A DNA stretch of 64,000 nucleotides, from assembly GCA_040384705.1 (NCBI GenBank), contig JAZKIU010000001.1, positions 405,847-469,846 of the forward strand, given 5' to 3'. The translations under genes were made by a program, and so were the position numbers. The stretch is from Patescibacteria group bacterium. Lineage in GTDB: Bacteria > Patescibacteriota > Minisyncoccia > Phycocordibacterales > Phycocordibacteraceae. This document shows, piece after piece, positions 24,912 to 35,633 of the stretch; within the stretch, counting starts at the first letter, position 1; every line of letters starts with the position of its first letter. Below the pieces are notes generated by a model. That model worked only from the letters and a program-made list of their open reading frames with translations, had not been told where the DNA came from and searched no databases.

Positions 24912-25871
24912 ATGGAATACCACATCACCCTCCCGTCTAAGCCTCGTGTCGTCACTGAAGAAGGTCTTCAGGGCATCTACGAGATAGATTCGCTTTATCC
25001 CGGCTACGGCCACACGCTCGGCAACTCGCTTCGCCGTATCATCCTTTCGTCCCTTCCGGGAGCGACCGTTACGGCCGTTAAGATAGATGGCGTCTCTCAC
25101 GAGTTCGCCACCATCGAAGGCGTCCGCGAGACCGTCATGGAAGTGCTCCTCAACCTCAAGCGCGTGCACTTCACGCTTCAGGGTGACGAGCCGCAGACCA
25201 TCAGCATTTCAGTAAAGGGCCCGAAGCAGGTGACTGCAGCGGACTTCAACCTTCCTTCGCAGGTGGAGATAGCGAACCCGGGCCAGCACATCGCTGACAT
25301 CGCGGGCAAGATATCGTTCGACCTCGAGGCTACCATCGAGCGCGGCCTCGGCTACGTGCCGCGCGAGGTCCTTACCAAGGAGAAGGTGGACATCGGCACC
25401 ATCGCGCTCGATGCGACCTTCACCCCTATCCGCCGCGTGAACTACGAGGTTGAGGACATGCGTGTCGGTGACCGCACCAACTTCAACCGCCTCCGCATCC
25501 TCATCGAGACGAACGGAACCATCACACCTCGTGAGGCGCTCGAGCGTTCGATAGAGATAATGATCCACCAGCTCAAGTCCGTTGTGGGCTTCCAGGAGGA
25601 GAATGAGCAGGTTTCCGTCTCATCTTCCGAGCCTAAGGCGCTTGGTGGCGAGAAGGCAGCAGGAAAGGACCCAGCCAAGGTTAAGCTCGATGAGCTCGGC
25701 CTTCCTGCACGCATCGTCACGGCGCTCGAGGAGGGTGGCATCAAGTCCGTAGCAGGTCTCGTCCGCAAGACCGCGTCTTCTCTTAAGGAGCTCGACGGGG
25801 TCGGCGACAAGGCGGTCGTAGAGATAGTCGAGGCGCTCGACGCGCTCGGACTCGAGCTCAAAGGCGAGTAA
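24912..25871 (+). CDS. rpoA: DNA-directed RNA polymerase alpha subunit (divergent CTD)
   Basis: The N-terminal dimerisation domain is conserved. The C-terminal about 80 aa are HhH-like but only weakly similar to the canonical alpha-CTD. Confidence 0.95.
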   Translation: MEYHITLPSKPRVVTEEGLQGIYEIDSLYPGYGHTLGNSLRRIILSSLPGATVTAVKIDGVSHEFATIEGVRETVMEVLLNLKRVHFTLQGDEPQTISISVKGPKQVTAADFNLPSQVEIANPGQHIADIAGKISFDLEATIERGLGYVPREVLTKEKVDIGTIALDATFTPIRRVNYEVEDMRVGDRTNFNRLRILIETNGTITPREALERSIEIMIHQLKSVVGFQEENEQVSVSSSEPKALGGEKAAGKDPAKVKLDELGLPARIVTALEEGGIKSVAGLVRKTASSLKELDGVGDKAVVEIVEALDALGLELKGE

Positions 25872-25910
25872 TTCGACGTATTCATCAGAAAGTGGTAAAA
25901 GAAAGGACGT

Positions 25911-26261
25911 ATGCGGCATCAACATAAAGGACGGACATTCGGGAGGACCCACGATCAGCGCACCGCGCTGATGAAGGGCCTCATGCGCTCGCTCATCATC
26001 CATGAGCGTATTTCGACGACCGAGGCCAAGGCCAAGGAGCTCCGCCCTATCATGGAGAAGCTCGTCTCCCATGCCCGCAAGGACACGGTAGCGGCCCGCC
26101 GCCTCGTCACTGCGCGCCTCGGCGACGACGAGGCCGTCGTGAAGCTCTTCACCACCATCGCTCCTCGCTACACGGAGCGCCCAGGCGGGTACACCCGTAT
26201 CGTGAAGCGTGCAGCCTCGGCTACCGACGGCCGCAAGCAGGCCTACATCGCCTTCGTATAA
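25911..26261 (+). CDS. rplQ: ribosomal protein L17
   Basis: MRHQHKGRTFGR... Confidence 0.9.
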   Translation: MRHQHKGRTFGRTHDQRTALMKGLMRSLIIHERISTTEAKAKELRPIMEKLVSHARKDTVAARRLVTARLGDDEAVVKLFTTIAPRYTERPGGYTRIVKRAASATDGRKQAYIAFV

Positions 26262-26265
26262 TCCT

Positions 26266-26640
26266 ATGACTACCAAGACACAAAAAGGCGAGCGCACGCT
26301 CTACACCATCGACGCAAGCGGAGGCCACCTCGGCCGCGTGGCTTCTGAAGCTGCATCCGTACTCCTCGGCAAGAAGTCGGTGAACTTCGTTAAGAACGAG
26401 GTCCTTCCGGTTGAGGTCGAGATAGTGAACGCCTCGAAGCTCGTCATGAGCGAGAAGCGCATCGCCGGCAAGGAGTACACACGCTACACCGGGTACCCAG
26501 GCGGTCTCCGCATCACCTCGCTTGCTGCCCTCATCGAGAAGAAGGGTGTCGGGGAAGCGCTCCGCAAGGCAGTCGACGGCATGATCCCTCGCAACAAGCT
26601 CCGCAAGGAACGCATGAAGCGCCTTACTATCACCGATTAA
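26266..26640 (+). CDS. rplM: ribosomal protein L13
   Basis: Sequence (IDASGGHLGRVASEAA...). Confidence 0.9.
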   Translation: MTTKTQKGERTLYTIDASGGHLGRVASEAASVLLGKKSVNFVKNEVLPVEVEIVNASKLVMSEKRIAGKEYTRYTGYPGGLRITSLAALIEKKGVGEALRKAVDGMIPRNKLRKERMKRLTITD

Positions 26641-26648
26641 TCTTCGTT

Positions 26649-27050
26649 ATGGCTGAAACCAACAACTACACCACCGCTGTCGGACGCAGGAAGACTGCAT
26701 CCGCACGCGTGAAGCTCACGCCAGCAGAGAAGAACTCGGTGACCGTGAATGGCAAGCCGTCGCTCGAGTATTTCAAGACGAAGGAGCGCGACGCAGTCAC
26801 CATGGACGTCTTCAAGACCGTGGAGACGAAGCAGAACTATGCGGTTGAGGCCAAGGTAGCGGGAGGAGGCGTTGCCGCTCAGGCAGGGGCTGTCCGCCAT
26901 GCTATCGCCCGCGCCATCACCGTAGCGGAAGAGGGGAGCCGGGGCACCCTTAAGGCCGCAGGACTTCTCACTCGCGACCCTCGCTCGAAGGAGCGCAAGA
27001 AGCCGGGTCTTCTCAAGGCTCGCAAGCGACCGCAGTGGTCGAAGCGTTAG
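26649..27050 (+). CDS. rpsI: ribosomal protein S9
   Basis: C-terminal ...KKPGLLKARKRPQWSKR. Confidence 0.9.
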   Translation: MAETNNYTTAVGRRKTASARVKLTPAEKNSVTVNGKPSLEYFKTKERDAVTMDVFKTVETKQNYAVEAKVAGGGVAAQAGAVRHAIARAITVAEEGSRGTLKAAGLLTRDPRSKERKKPGLLKARKRPQWSKR

Positions 27051-27053
27051 AGC

Positions 27054-27092
27054 AAAACAATGGACGCCGCATCTGCGGCGTCCATTGTTTTA
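27054..27092 (+). terminator. strong intrinsic terminator after rpsI
   Basis: 14-bp perfect stem (acaatggacgccgc / gcggcgtccattgt) followed by ttt. Confidence 0.8.
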
Positions 27093-27154
27093 GGGCCTTG
27101 CATCTGCATCATTTTAGCCGCACTCTAATACAGTAACCACCCTAATCCGAATGC

Positions 27155-27616
27155 ATGCGCATATTTGTACCTAGCCGAATGGCTCGTGACTTGGGAGAGG
27201 AGAAGATAGGCAAGGGAGAATTCTACGCCTATGTCACTGTCTTTGTGGCAGCGAATCTCTTCTTCGTTGCTTTCCTAGTCGGATTAGAGCCTCTTATCTA
27301 CGTCCCCGCTTGGCTTGAATTAGCCGATAAGGGTCTCGCGATACTCTTTATCTTGGCGACACTCGCTCTTGGATATCAAGAGAACAAGCGAGGAGATGGA
27401 AAGCGATTCTGGTACCGCTTCATCTCGCTTGGTTTCCCAATCGCAATCATCACCACGGTGCCGTTGATTATCGCCATTTCCATCTTCGTCATCATGGGTC
27501 TTATCGATATTAATGCATTCGGATATATCGATCTGCTCCTCGCTATCCCGTTCTACATCCTCGGGTTGTACCTCACCGTTAAGTATATGCGTGTCGCTGC
27601 AGGCGGAACCGCGTAA
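27155..27616 (+). CDS. hypothetical membrane protein (153 aa)
   Basis: 4 predicted TM helices. Confidence 0.4.
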   Translation: MRIFVPSRMARDLGEEKIGKGEFYAYVTVFVAANLFFVAFLVGLEPLIYVPAWLELADKGLAILFILATLALGYQENKRGDGKRFWYRFISLGFPIAIITTVPLIIAISIFVIMGLIDINAFGYIDLLLAIPFYILGLYLTVKYMRVAAGGTA

Positions 27617-27659
27617 GTCATTTTGACTACCCGCATCATTTCCGGCATATTCTTTATAT

Positions 27660-28217
27660 ATGGATAGAGATGATGACATCACCGTCGAGCGTGACGGCCA
27701 CGAAGAGGATGGCGTAAGCGAAGTCGAGCTCGAGGAGCGCGAATCTAAGGTCGATAATAAGCTCGCTAAAGTTAAGAAGGAACTCGAAGTGGCTAAGGCC
27801 GAGAGTAAGGAACACCTTGATGGCTGGCAGCGCTCCAAAGCCGACTATGTGAATGCGCTCAAGCGGTTCGAGGCGGAGAAGGCTGCTGCCAAGGATTCTG
27901 GTGTCGTGAAGGCCATCAGCGCACTCCTCCCGGCATATGATGCGCTTGAACGCGCTAAGGAGCATGGCGAGCTTCCGGAAGGGTTCGAGAGCATTGTGAA
28001 GCAGATAGAGAGCGCATTTACAGCACTCGGCGTGACCACGCTCGGAGTAGTGGGCGAACCATTCGACCCGATGCGCCACGAGGCGCTCGGTACCGATATG
28101 ACCGAGGACCCGAAGGCGGACGACCACGTGACCAGCATCCTCGAAAAAGGATACATGGTGGGGCAGTCGGTGCTGCGTCCTGCCCGCGTGCGTGTGGCTC
28201 ATTACGAGGGCGCGTAG
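27660..28217 (+). CDS. grpE: nucleotide exchange factor GrpE
   Basis: Coiled-coil N-terminus. The C-terminal segment PFDPMRHEALGTDMTED...GYMVGQSVLRPARV resembles the GrpE C-terminal beta-domain consensus. Confidence 0.85.
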   Translation: MDRDDDITVERDGHEEDGVSEVELEERESKVDNKLAKVKKELEVAKAESKEHLDGWQRSKADYVNALKRFEAEKAAAKDSGVVKAISALLPAYDALERAKEHGELPEGFESIVKQIESAFTALGVTTLGVVGEPFDPMRHEALGTDMTEDPKADDHVTSILEKGYMVGQSVLRPARVRVAHYEGA

Positions 28218-28231
28218 CAGCTACTTGAAGC

Positions 28232-28245
28232 CTTCATTCATGAAG
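28232..28245 (+). promoter_or_regulatory. palindrome CTTCAT-TC-ATGAAG between grpE and dnaK
   Basis: Perfect 6-2-6 inverted repeat next to a TAAAAT -10-like box. Not CIRCE. Confidence 0.25.
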
Positions 28246-28318
28246 CGTAAAATGAGCGTACTTGGGTGACTTTAGGGCTTCCTTTCACCTGTAGCTTTAC
28301 TAATTTCAGCATTCACCT

Positions 28319-30235
28319 ATGGCAAAGATACTCGGTATTGATCTTGGAACGACCAACTCGGCGATGGCCATCATGGAGGGCGGCGAAGCACGCGTGCTCG
28401 AGAACGCTGAAGGCCAGCGCACGACCCCATCCGTTGTCGCAATCGCCAAGAACGGCGAGCGCCTCGTGGGTACGCTCGCGAAGCGCCAAGCGGTCACGAA
28501 CCCGAAGAACACCATATATGGCATCAAGCGCTTCATGGGTCACGCGTTCAAGGACGATGTGGTGCAGAAGGATAAGGATGTCGTGCCATACGAGATAAAG
28601 GCGGGGCCTGACGGAGGTGTCGTCGTGCATCTCGGCGAGAAGGACTACCGTCCCGAGGAAGTCTCCGCAATGATACTCGCGAAGCTGAAGGCTGACGCTG
28701 AGACCAAGCTCGGCGAGAAGATAACGGAAGCGGTCATCACCGTTCCTGCGTACTTCGACGACGCCCAGCGCGCGGCCACCAAGGCCGCGGGCCAGGTCGC
28801 AGGCCTCAACGTGCTCCGCATCATCAACGAACCAACCGCAGCGGCGCTCGCGTACGGTTTCAATAAGAAGAAGGACGAGAAGATAGTCGTGTACGACTTC
28901 GGTGGCGGTACCTTCGATGTGTCCGTGCTCGAGGTCGCCATGGGTGACGCGGGCGAGCTCACTATCGAGGTGCGCTCAACTGATGGCGATAGCCACATGG
29001 GCGGTCGCGACATCGACCAGAAGATAGTCCGGTACCTCGCCGACGAGTTCAAGAAGCAGAGCGGGCTGGACGTCACGAAGGACCCGCTCGCGCTCCAGCG
29101 CCTCGATGAGGGAGCGGAGAAGGCCAAGCATGAGCTCTCGACCGGTAGCGAGACGGAGGTGAACATCCCGTTCATCACGGTGGGTTCTGACGGCACTCCC
29201 CAACACCTCCTCGTGAAGCTCTCCCGCTCCACGCTCGAGACGCTCGCCGAGGAATACGTCACTCGCTCCATCGACATCACCAAGCGTGCGCTCGAGGCGT
29301 CCGGTATGAGCGCCAGCGAGATAGGGGAAGTGATACTGGTCGGTGGCCAGACCCGCATGCCGCTCATCCAGGCGGAAGTGGAGAAGCTCTTCGGCAAGAA
29401 GCCGCACATGGACGTGAATCCGGATGAGGTGGTCGCTATCGGCGCCGCTATCCAGGCGGGCGTGCTCCAGGGCGATGTGAAGGACATCCTTCTCGTGGAC
29501 GTCATCCCGCTCTCTCTTTCTATCGAGACCATGGGCGGCGTCGCCACCAAGCTCATCGAGCGAAACACCGCCATCCCGACTTCAAGGAGCCAGACCTTCT
29601 CGACGGCGTCTGATAACCAGACGAACGTGGAGATACACATCACCCAGGGCGAGCGCGCCATGGCAGCTGACAACAAGTCGCTCGGCCGGTTCATGCTCGA
29701 GGGTATTCCGCCCGCTCCTCGTGGCCTTCCGCAGGTTGAGGTCACCTTCGATGTGGACGCCAACGGCATCCTCACCGTGAAGGCCAAGGAGAAGACTACC
29801 GGCAAAGAGCAGTCTATCCGCATCGAGGGCTCCACCGGGCTCTCCAAGGAAGACATCGAGAAGATGCAGGCAGACGCTGAAGTGCATGCAGCAGAGGACG
29901 CCAAGCGCCGCGAGCTCGTCGAGGCGAAGAACCTCGCAGAGCAACTCATATACACCGCCGAGAAGGCAGTGAAGGATAACGGAGAGAAGGCGGGAACCGA
30001 GGTCGTCACTGAAGTGAACGAGAAGATAGCGGCTCTCCGCACCGCGCGCGAAGGCGAAGATATGGAAGCCATCAAGTCGGCTTCTGAGGCACTTTCCGTA
30101 TCGCTCTCGAAGATTGGCGAGGCTATGATGAAGAACGAGCCTGGTGCGCCAACTGAAGGCGCTGCACCGGAAGGGAACACGGATACCCCGCCTGAGGCAG
30201 GTGCGACGGACGCCGAGTTCACCGAGAAGCCATAG
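28319..30235 (+). CDS. dnaK: chaperone DnaK (Hsp70)
   Basis: [18 protein letters not shown], and full-length 638 aa homology. Confidence 0.97.
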   Translation: MAKILGIDLGTTNSAMAIMEGGEARVLENAEGQRTTPSVVAIAKNGERLVGTLAKRQAVTNPKNTIYGIKRFMGHAFKDDVVQKDKDVVPYEIKAGPDGGVVVHLGEKDYRPEEVSAMILAKLKADAETKLGEKITEAVITVPAYFDDAQRAATKAAGQVAGLNVLRIINEPTAAALAYGFNKKKDEKIVVYDFGGGTFDVSVLEVAMGDAGELTIEVRSTDGDSHMGGRDIDQKIVRYLADEFKKQSGLDVTKDPLALQRLDEGAEKAKHELSTGSETEVNIPFITVGSDGTPQHLLVKLSRSTLETLAEEYVTRSIDITKRALEASGMSASEIGEVILVGGQTRMPLIQAEVEKLFGKKPHMDVNPDEVVAIGAAIQAGVLQGDVKDILLVDVIPLSLSIETMGGVATKLIERNTAIPTSRSQTFSTASDNQTNVEIHITQGERAMAADNKSLGRFMLEGIPPAPRGLPQVEVTFDVDANGILTVKAKEKTTGKEQSIRIEGSTGLSKEDIEKMQADAEVHAAEDAKRRELVEAKNLAEQLIYTAEKAVKDNGEKAGTEVVTEVNEKIAALRTAREGEDMEAIKSASEALSVSLSKIGEAMMKNEPGAPTEGAAPEGNTDTPPEAGATDAEFTEKP

Positions 30236-30253
30236 CGGGAGTTAGTGGTTGAA

Positions 30254-30288
30254 GCAAACAGCGGCCCTCGGTCGCTGTTTGCTTTTCC
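30254..30288 (+). terminator. intrinsic terminator after dnaK
   Basis: gcaaacagcg ... cgctgtttgc + tttt. Confidence 0.7.
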
Positions 30289-30334
30289 CTCAAATGTACG
30301 TATATTCCTCACAGACTCATTGAAAGGGGTTGTC

Positions 30335-30655
30335 ATGCCAGTCGATCATCTCGCTCTCATCAGTGCCTTCGGGGCGCTCTTCGTATTCACGCTTGCCGCG
30401 CTCGCGGGAGCCTGGTGCAAATACCATCTCGCCCTGGCGACTGCGAACTGGACGGACACGCTCCAGTTCGATGCCGGCTTCCTCAGCTCCCTGATCCTCC
30501 TGCTCGCACTCGCTGCGATCGCGCTCACGCCGAGCGGGCTCGTGATGTTCGGGAAGGTCGGCCAGTTCCTCCTCGTGTTCCTGGTCTTCCTGGTGCTGGG
30601 GAGCGTACTGCTTCTCTGGGTGAACAGGCCGCGCAATCATCGAGGGAGTGGATGA
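30335..30655 (+). CDS. hypothetical small membrane protein
   Basis: 3 hydrophobic helices. Lies between dnaK and dnaJ. Confidence 0.35.
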   Translation: MPVDHLALISAFGALFVFTLAALAGAWCKYHLALATANWTDTLQFDAGFLSSLILLLALAAIALTPSGLVMFGKVGQFLLVFLVFLVLGSVLLLWVNRPRNHRGSG

Positions 30656-30658
30656 GTC

Positions 30659-30910
30659 ATGGCGACACACTGGTTCTTCACTGAGGGCGACCTCGTCGCC
30701 CTCAAAGCCGATGCAGAAGGATATCCTTCTGTGCTTGCCGATGAGGCATGGCCGCTGCGGGCCGTGAGGGTGACGCGCGTGCCGGAGTATCTCGCCGACA
30801 TCACTCCTCACCCGCAGTACTTCTGCCTGCTGCGAGCTGACGACACATACATCGAACGAGGGCCAGGTGATCCCATGCGGGTGAATGGCTCCTGGTTCGA
30901 GAAGGCGTGA
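30659..30910 (+). CDS. hypothetical protein (83 aa)
   Basis: ORF only. Confidence 0.3.
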   Translation: MATHWFFTEGDLVALKADAEGYPSVLADEAWPLRAVRVTRVPEYLADITPHPQYFCLLRADDTYIERGPGDPMRVNGSWFEKA

Positions 30911-30990
30911 CAGAGGGCGGTCCGGAACATAACCGGGCCGCCCTTTCTCTTTTGCCCTCAAAAATCAGTGGGTGTACTATGGGAATAAAT

Positions 30991-32061
30991 ATGGCTAAGA
31001 ACTATTACGAAGTGCTCGGCGTCGACAAGAAGGCCACCAAGGACGACATCAAGAAGGCGTTCCGGAAGCTCGCGCAGAAGCATCACCCAGACAAGGGTGG
31101 TGATGAGGCGAAGTTCAAGGAGATAACGGAGGCGTACGCGACCTTGGCGGACGAGAAGCGCCGCCGCGAATACGATTCATACGGCCAGAGCTTCGGGGCA
31201 GGCGGGGGACCGGGAGCGGGGCCCGGCGGCTTCGACTTCAATGGGTTCCAGAACGGGAACATCGAGTTCGATCTCTCGGACCTTTTCGAGGGCTTCGGAG
31301 ACATATTCGGTGGGCAGTCCCAGGGACGCGGGCGCATGAAGCGCGGGCGCGACATTTCAATAGATATAGAGGTCTCGTTCAAGGAGTCGGTGCTCGGTGC
31401 CAAGCGCCAGGTGCTACTCACGAAAGTCAGCAAGTGCGATATCTGCGCGGGTTCGGGAGCCAAGCCCGGGACAGAGATGCTCTCCTGCACGACCTGCAAC
31501 GGTGCAGGGAGGGTGCATGAGACGCGCAACACGCCGTTCGGCCAGATGTCGAGCGTGCGCAACTGCCCGCAGTGCGAAGGCACAGGGAAGATTCCGAAGG
31601 AGAAGTGCGCTACCTGCAGCGGTCACGGCGTCCTCAAGAAAGAAGAGGAGATAAAGATAACTATCCCGGCCGGTATCGATGGCGGGGAGATGATACGCAT
31701 GCCAGGGCTCGGCGAGGCGGTTAAGGGTGGCACACCCGGCGACCTCTACGTAAAAGTGCATGTGAAGCCGCACGCCGTCTTCAAGAAACAGGGACTCAAC
31801 CTCATCATGAACATGCCGGTGAAGCTGACCGACTCGCTTCTGGGCACTACTGCCACGATCGAGACCATCGAAGGCAAGAAGCTCGAGGTGAAGGTCCCTC
31901 CCATGGAGGCTCCCGAGGAGACGCTTCGTATCCGGGGGAAGGGCGTGAACATCGACGGGACACACGGCGACCTCCTTATTAAGCTTTCGGTCACCCTTCC
32001 GAAGAAGCTTTCCACCAAAGCAAAGAAGGCAATTGAGGAACTCAAGTCCGAGGGTCTCTAG
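30991..32061 (+). CDS. dnaJ: chaperone DnaJ
   Basis: J-domain (YYEVLGV...HPDK). Gly-rich linker. Four CxxCxGxG repeats. Confidence 0.9.
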   Translation: MAKNYYEVLGVDKKATKDDIKKAFRKLAQKHHPDKGGDEAKFKEITEAYATLADEKRRREYDSYGQSFGAGGGPGAGPGGFDFNGFQNGNIEFDLSDLFEGFGDIFGGQSQGRGRMKRGRDISIDIEVSFKESVLGAKRQVLLTKVSKCDICAGSGAKPGTEMLSCTTCNGAGRVHETRNTPFGQMSSVRNCPQCEGTGKIPKEKCATCSGHGVLKKEEEIKITIPAGIDGGEMIRMPGLGEAVKGGTPGDLYVKVHVKPHAVFKKQGLNLIMNMPVKLTDSLLGTTATIETIEGKKLEVKVPPMEAPEETLRIRGKGVNIDGTHGDLLIKLSVTLPKKLSTKAKKAIEELKSEGL

Positions 32062-32082
32062 GAAGGAGTTATACTAGAACCT

Positions 32083-32610
32083 ATGGACGTTAACTCCGTA
32101 GCGGTGCAGGTATCCGACTTCGCGACGAGCGGTATCTCGGACATCTGGCTGTGGGTGGGGAACTTCGTGGTTCTGCTCGTGCTCACCGTCGTGATGCTCC
32201 TCTTTTCGTACAAGGGAGGGAGAGGAGGCATTATCTCGCTCATCCTCGCGCTTTACGTGGGGTACGCCATCTATATCGTCTTCCCGTATACGGACCAGAT
32301 AATAGCGGCAGGAGGGACGACGATGATAAAGGCGGTCATCAGCGTCATCATCTACGGCATCTCCACCTTCATACCATTCATATTCATCCAGCGGCTCACG
32401 GGCGGTGGGTTCGGCGTCCTTTCGGTCGTACCGCGCTTCGCGCTCTCGTTCCTCGCAGCAGCGTTCCTGCTCGCGCTTTCGTACCATGTCTTTGATATCA
32501 GCAATATCTATACGTTCCCAGCTCCGCTCGATACGCTCTTCGCTCCGCAGGGATACTTCTTCTGGTGGTTCATTGCGCCGCTTGCGGGTCTCATCTTCTT
32601 GGTTCACTAG
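32083..32610 (+). CDS. hypothetical membrane protein (175 aa)
   Basis: 5 hydrophobic helices. Confidence 0.4.
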   Translation: MDVNSVAVQVSDFATSGISDIWLWVGNFVVLLVLTVVMLLFSYKGGRGGIISLILALYVGYAIYIVFPYTDQIIAAGGTTMIKAVISVIIYGISTFIPFIFIQRLTGGGFGVLSVVPRFALSFLAAAFLLALSYHVFDISNIYTFPAPLDTLFAPQGYFFWWFIAPLAGLIFLVH

Positions 32611-32657
32611 GCTAGTTTTTTCGCGGCTGTAAAGTCGTTATGTTAGAATGGTTTCTT

Positions 32658-34445
32658 ATGTCGAAAATCGACGAGACAAAGAAGACGCGTATAGCGCCCG
32701 TCCTGCGGGCGTATTTCAAGGTAGCTATACAGTATCCATGGCTGCTTGCGCTCATATTCCTCGGTGGCGCCATCATCGAAGGAGCAGGAGTGTGGTCCGC
32801 GCTCGTCATCAAGGATTTCGCGGACCTGATTTCGCAAGGAACACCAACCGCTGACGTCGTCACGAGCCTCTTCTGGGTTCTCGCGCTCTTCGCAGGGGTT
32901 TCGTTCCTTGGCTGGTGTGGCCAGCGCATGCGCCAGCTCGGTCTCGTGTATATCGAGCCGAAAGCGATGAACGACCTCTCCCGCTCTGCGTTCACGTACT
33001 TGATAGGGCACTCGCATGATTTCTTCGCATCCAACTTCGCTGGCTCCTTGAGCCGTCGCGTGACGCGCTACGCCCGCTCATTCGAGAGCGTGCTGGATAA
33101 CATATCCTTCAATTTCTATTCCACACTCCTGTATACGGTGGGCATCCTCGTCGTGCTTTCCATGAAGAGCCTAGTGCTCGGTGCAATAGTGCTCGCATGG
33201 ACCATTTTCTTCATATACCTGCAGATAGCGATGGCGAAGTGGCGCCAACCGCTACGCATCCTCCGTGCGGAAGAGGACAGCAAGGTCACGGGCGTGCTCT
33301 CGGATGCGATAGGGAACCACTCTGCCATAAGCCAGTTCGCAGCCGAGAAGCATGAGATCTCGATATTCGATAAGACGCTCGATAGCTGGAAGGCTGCGAC
33401 GCTCAAGTCGTGGCTCGCCGATAACTGGATATGGGCCGTCCAGGGGTTGTTCGTGCTCTTCATTGAAGTGGCGATACTCGCCGCGAGCATACTGCTATGG
33501 GAACGTGGGCTCTTCACGGTGGGCGACTTCGTGCTCATCCAGATCTATATCATCGGTCTTATCGATAAGGTCTGGAACATCGGGCACGCTATGAAGAACC
33601 TGTACTCCGCATTCGCGGAGGCGTACGAGATGGTGGAGATATTCGAGAAGCCGCACGCGATTCAGGATGTTGCGGACGCAAAGCCGCTCATACTCACCAA
33701 GGGGCAGGTGGACTTCAATGACGTGACCTTCAGGTTTAATGAGGACCGGGTCATCCTTGAGAAATTCAATCTCACGATACACGGCGGGGAGAAGGTGGCG
33801 CTTGTGGGTCCGTCCGGAGCCGGCAAATCGACGCTGACACGACTCCTTCTGCGCCTGTATGACGTGAGTGATGGAGCGGTGCGTATCGATGGCCAGGACG
33901 TGCGAACACTCACCCAGGCAAGCCTGCGCGAGAACATCTCCTTCGTACCGCAGGAGCCGGTCCTTTTCCATCGAACGCTGCGTGAGAACATCGCGTATGG
34001 GAGGCCGGACGCCACGCTCGAGGAGATCATCATCGCAGCGAAGAAGGCGCACTGCCATGAGTTCATCGATTCGCTCCCGCAGAAGTACGAGACGTATGTG
34101 GGTGAGCGGGGGATAAAGCTATCAGGAGGCGAGCGCCAGCGCGTCGCTATCGCGCGCGCCATTCTCAAGAACGCTCCTGTGCTTATACTCGACGAGGCGA
34201 CTTCGAGCCTGGATTCCGAGTCCGAAGCTCTCATCCAGGACGCGCTCCGTGTCCTCATGGAAGGGAAGACGGTCATTGTCGTGGCGCACCGCCTCTCTAC
34301 CATCATGAGCATGGACCGTATCCTTGTTATCGAGGGTGGCCGTATAGCGGCTGAGGGTACGCATGACCAACTACTAGACGAGAAGGATGGACTCTATCAC
34401 AAGCTGTGGAGTATTCAGGCGGGTGGGTTTCTTTCCGAAAACTAG
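32658..34445 (+). CDS. ABC transporter, fused permease/ATP-binding (MsbA/exporter type)
   Basis: Six N-terminal TM helices. Walker A GPSGAGKST. Signature LSGGERQRVAIARA. Walker B ILDEATS. Confidence 0.9.
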   Translation: MSKIDETKKTRIAPVLRAYFKVAIQYPWLLALIFLGGAIIEGAGVWSALVIKDFADLISQGTPTADVVTSLFWVLALFAGVSFLGWCGQRMRQLGLVYIEPKAMNDLSRSAFTYLIGHSHDFFASNFAGSLSRRVTRYARSFESVLDNISFNFYSTLLYTVGILVVLSMKSLVLGAIVLAWTIFFIYLQIAMAKWRQPLRILRAEEDSKVTGVLSDAIGNHSAISQFAAEKHEISIFDKTLDSWKAATLKSWLADNWIWAVQGLFVLFIEVAILAASILLWERGLFTVGDFVLIQIYIIGLIDKVWNIGHAMKNLYSAFAEAYEMVEIFEKPHAIQDVADAKPLILTKGQVDFNDVTFRFNEDRVILEKFNLTIHGGEKVALVGPSGAGKSTLTRLLLRLYDVSDGAVRIDGQDVRTLTQASLRENISFVPQEPVLFHRTLRENIAYGRPDATLEEIIIAAKKAHCHEFIDSLPQKYETYVGERGIKLSGGERQRVAIARAILKNAPVLILDEATSSLDSESEALIQDALRVLMEGKTVIVVAHRLSTIMSMDRILVIEGGRIAAEGTHDQLLDEKDGLYHKLWSIQAGGFLSEN

Positions 34446-34508
34446 TTTTGGAGATTTAATTTTATAGACACTTTCTAAAAATAAGATATATTCATTAATA
34501 ATCTAGTA

Positions 34509-35630
34509 ATGGAAAAGAGGCCAAAATCACAGCAGATAGAAGCACCTTCATTCTCGAAGTCGATTCGCAATGCCTTGGAACGAGTACACCAAGAAGAATC
34601 CCTGGATATTGATGTAAGGGCTGCGGACCCATTGGAAGCCGATAGTTTTTTCAAGGACTCGCTGCCGCAGCTAAATAAGAAAGATTCTTCCGAAGAAGTG
34701 ATTAAGCAAATTCGTATACTTATTCCGGATGCAGAGAAAATTGAAGTTTATACATTGGTCGAGGCGCGAGCTGCGCTCCGGGATTTAGGACATATTGCTG
34801 CGTCATTACGTAAAAAGAATACTGCGATCTCGAAAGTGCCCGAGCTCGAAGATGCACTTCTGGCGATTGGCCTTAAAATTAATGAGGTGCCACGCGATAC
34901 TGTTTTCAGCTATGGCCCAAGAAACCCATTGGATGAACGTGAGAGAACATTCACTGGGCTTGAGGCGGAGAAGCTTTTTATCCGCAGCTTCAGGGAAGGT
35001 ATGAGTGAGTTATACGCAGGTGTAGATGCTCTTATATCTGCATATGAAGCAGGACCAGAAAGCGAGATTTGGGAAAGGGAGTGCAGAAAAGCTACAACAG
35101 CATTCGAACGGATGGTGGAGGCAATTAGGAGCATACGAAAGAATTTACCTCCCGAGACGTTTACCTACGAATTGCGGCCATATTTTGATCCAATTGAGCT
35201 GGAAGGCAAAACCTATTACGCCCCGGGTGGCGCACAAATGCCCGTTCTTCTCTACGATCAATTGCTTTGGGGTTCAGATTCAAATGATGAAAGCTACAAA
35301 GCTTATAAAGAAGATAATATCGCTTATAGTCCGCCTGCTGTACGCGAATTATCCGCATCGCTCGATGGGGCACCAAGCATGCTGACGAAGTTGCTCAATG
35401 CAAGTAATGGAGGGGATCCGGAGCAGACGCGAAAAAGTGCGGCCGCTCTTCTACAGCTGTCAAACAGTCTTCTTCGTTTTCGTGCGCCACACCAAAAAGT
35501 AGCAGCTGACAATTTTGCACTGCGATCTGAACACTCCCTAGGAAGCGGCGGATATACCCCTGAAATTCTGCAAAGATTGTCCGACCACGTTCAAGAAGTG
35601 CGCGCGCAAATCGTGCAGCTAGCAAACTAA
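34509..35630 (+). CDS. hypothetical protein (373 aa), first gene of low-GC island
   Basis: AT-rich codon usage unlike its neighbours. No confident domain. Confidence 0.55.
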   Translation: MEKRPKSQQIEAPSFSKSIRNALERVHQEESLDIDVRAADPLEADSFFKDSLPQLNKKDSSEEVIKQIRILIPDAEKIEVYTLVEARAALRDLGHIAASLRKKNTAISKVPELEDALLAIGLKINEVPRDTVFSYGPRNPLDERERTFTGLEAEKLFIRSFREGMSELYAGVDALISAYEAGPESEIWERECRKATTAFERMVEAIRSIRKNLPPETFTYELRPYFDPIELEGKTYYAPGGAQMPVLLYDQLLWGSDSNDESYKAYKEDNIAYSPPAVRELSASLDGAPSMLTKLLNASNGGDPEQTRKSAAALLQLSNSLLRFRAPHQKVAADNFALRSEHSLGSGGYTPEILQRLSDHVQEVRAQIVQLAN

Positions 35631-35633
35631 CTT

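Noticed and set aside
28218-28318. CIRCE or HAIR heat-shock element upstream of dnaK
   Set aside because: Neither TTAGCACTC-N9-GAGTGCTAA nor CTTGAGT-N7-ACTCAAG is present. Only the unrelated 6-2-6 palindrome was found.
28645-30336. 563-aa minus-strand ORF opposite dnaK
   Set aside because: Antisense shadow ORF of a high-GC gene with Ser/Ala/Arg-rich low complexity. dnaK on the plus strand is unambiguous.
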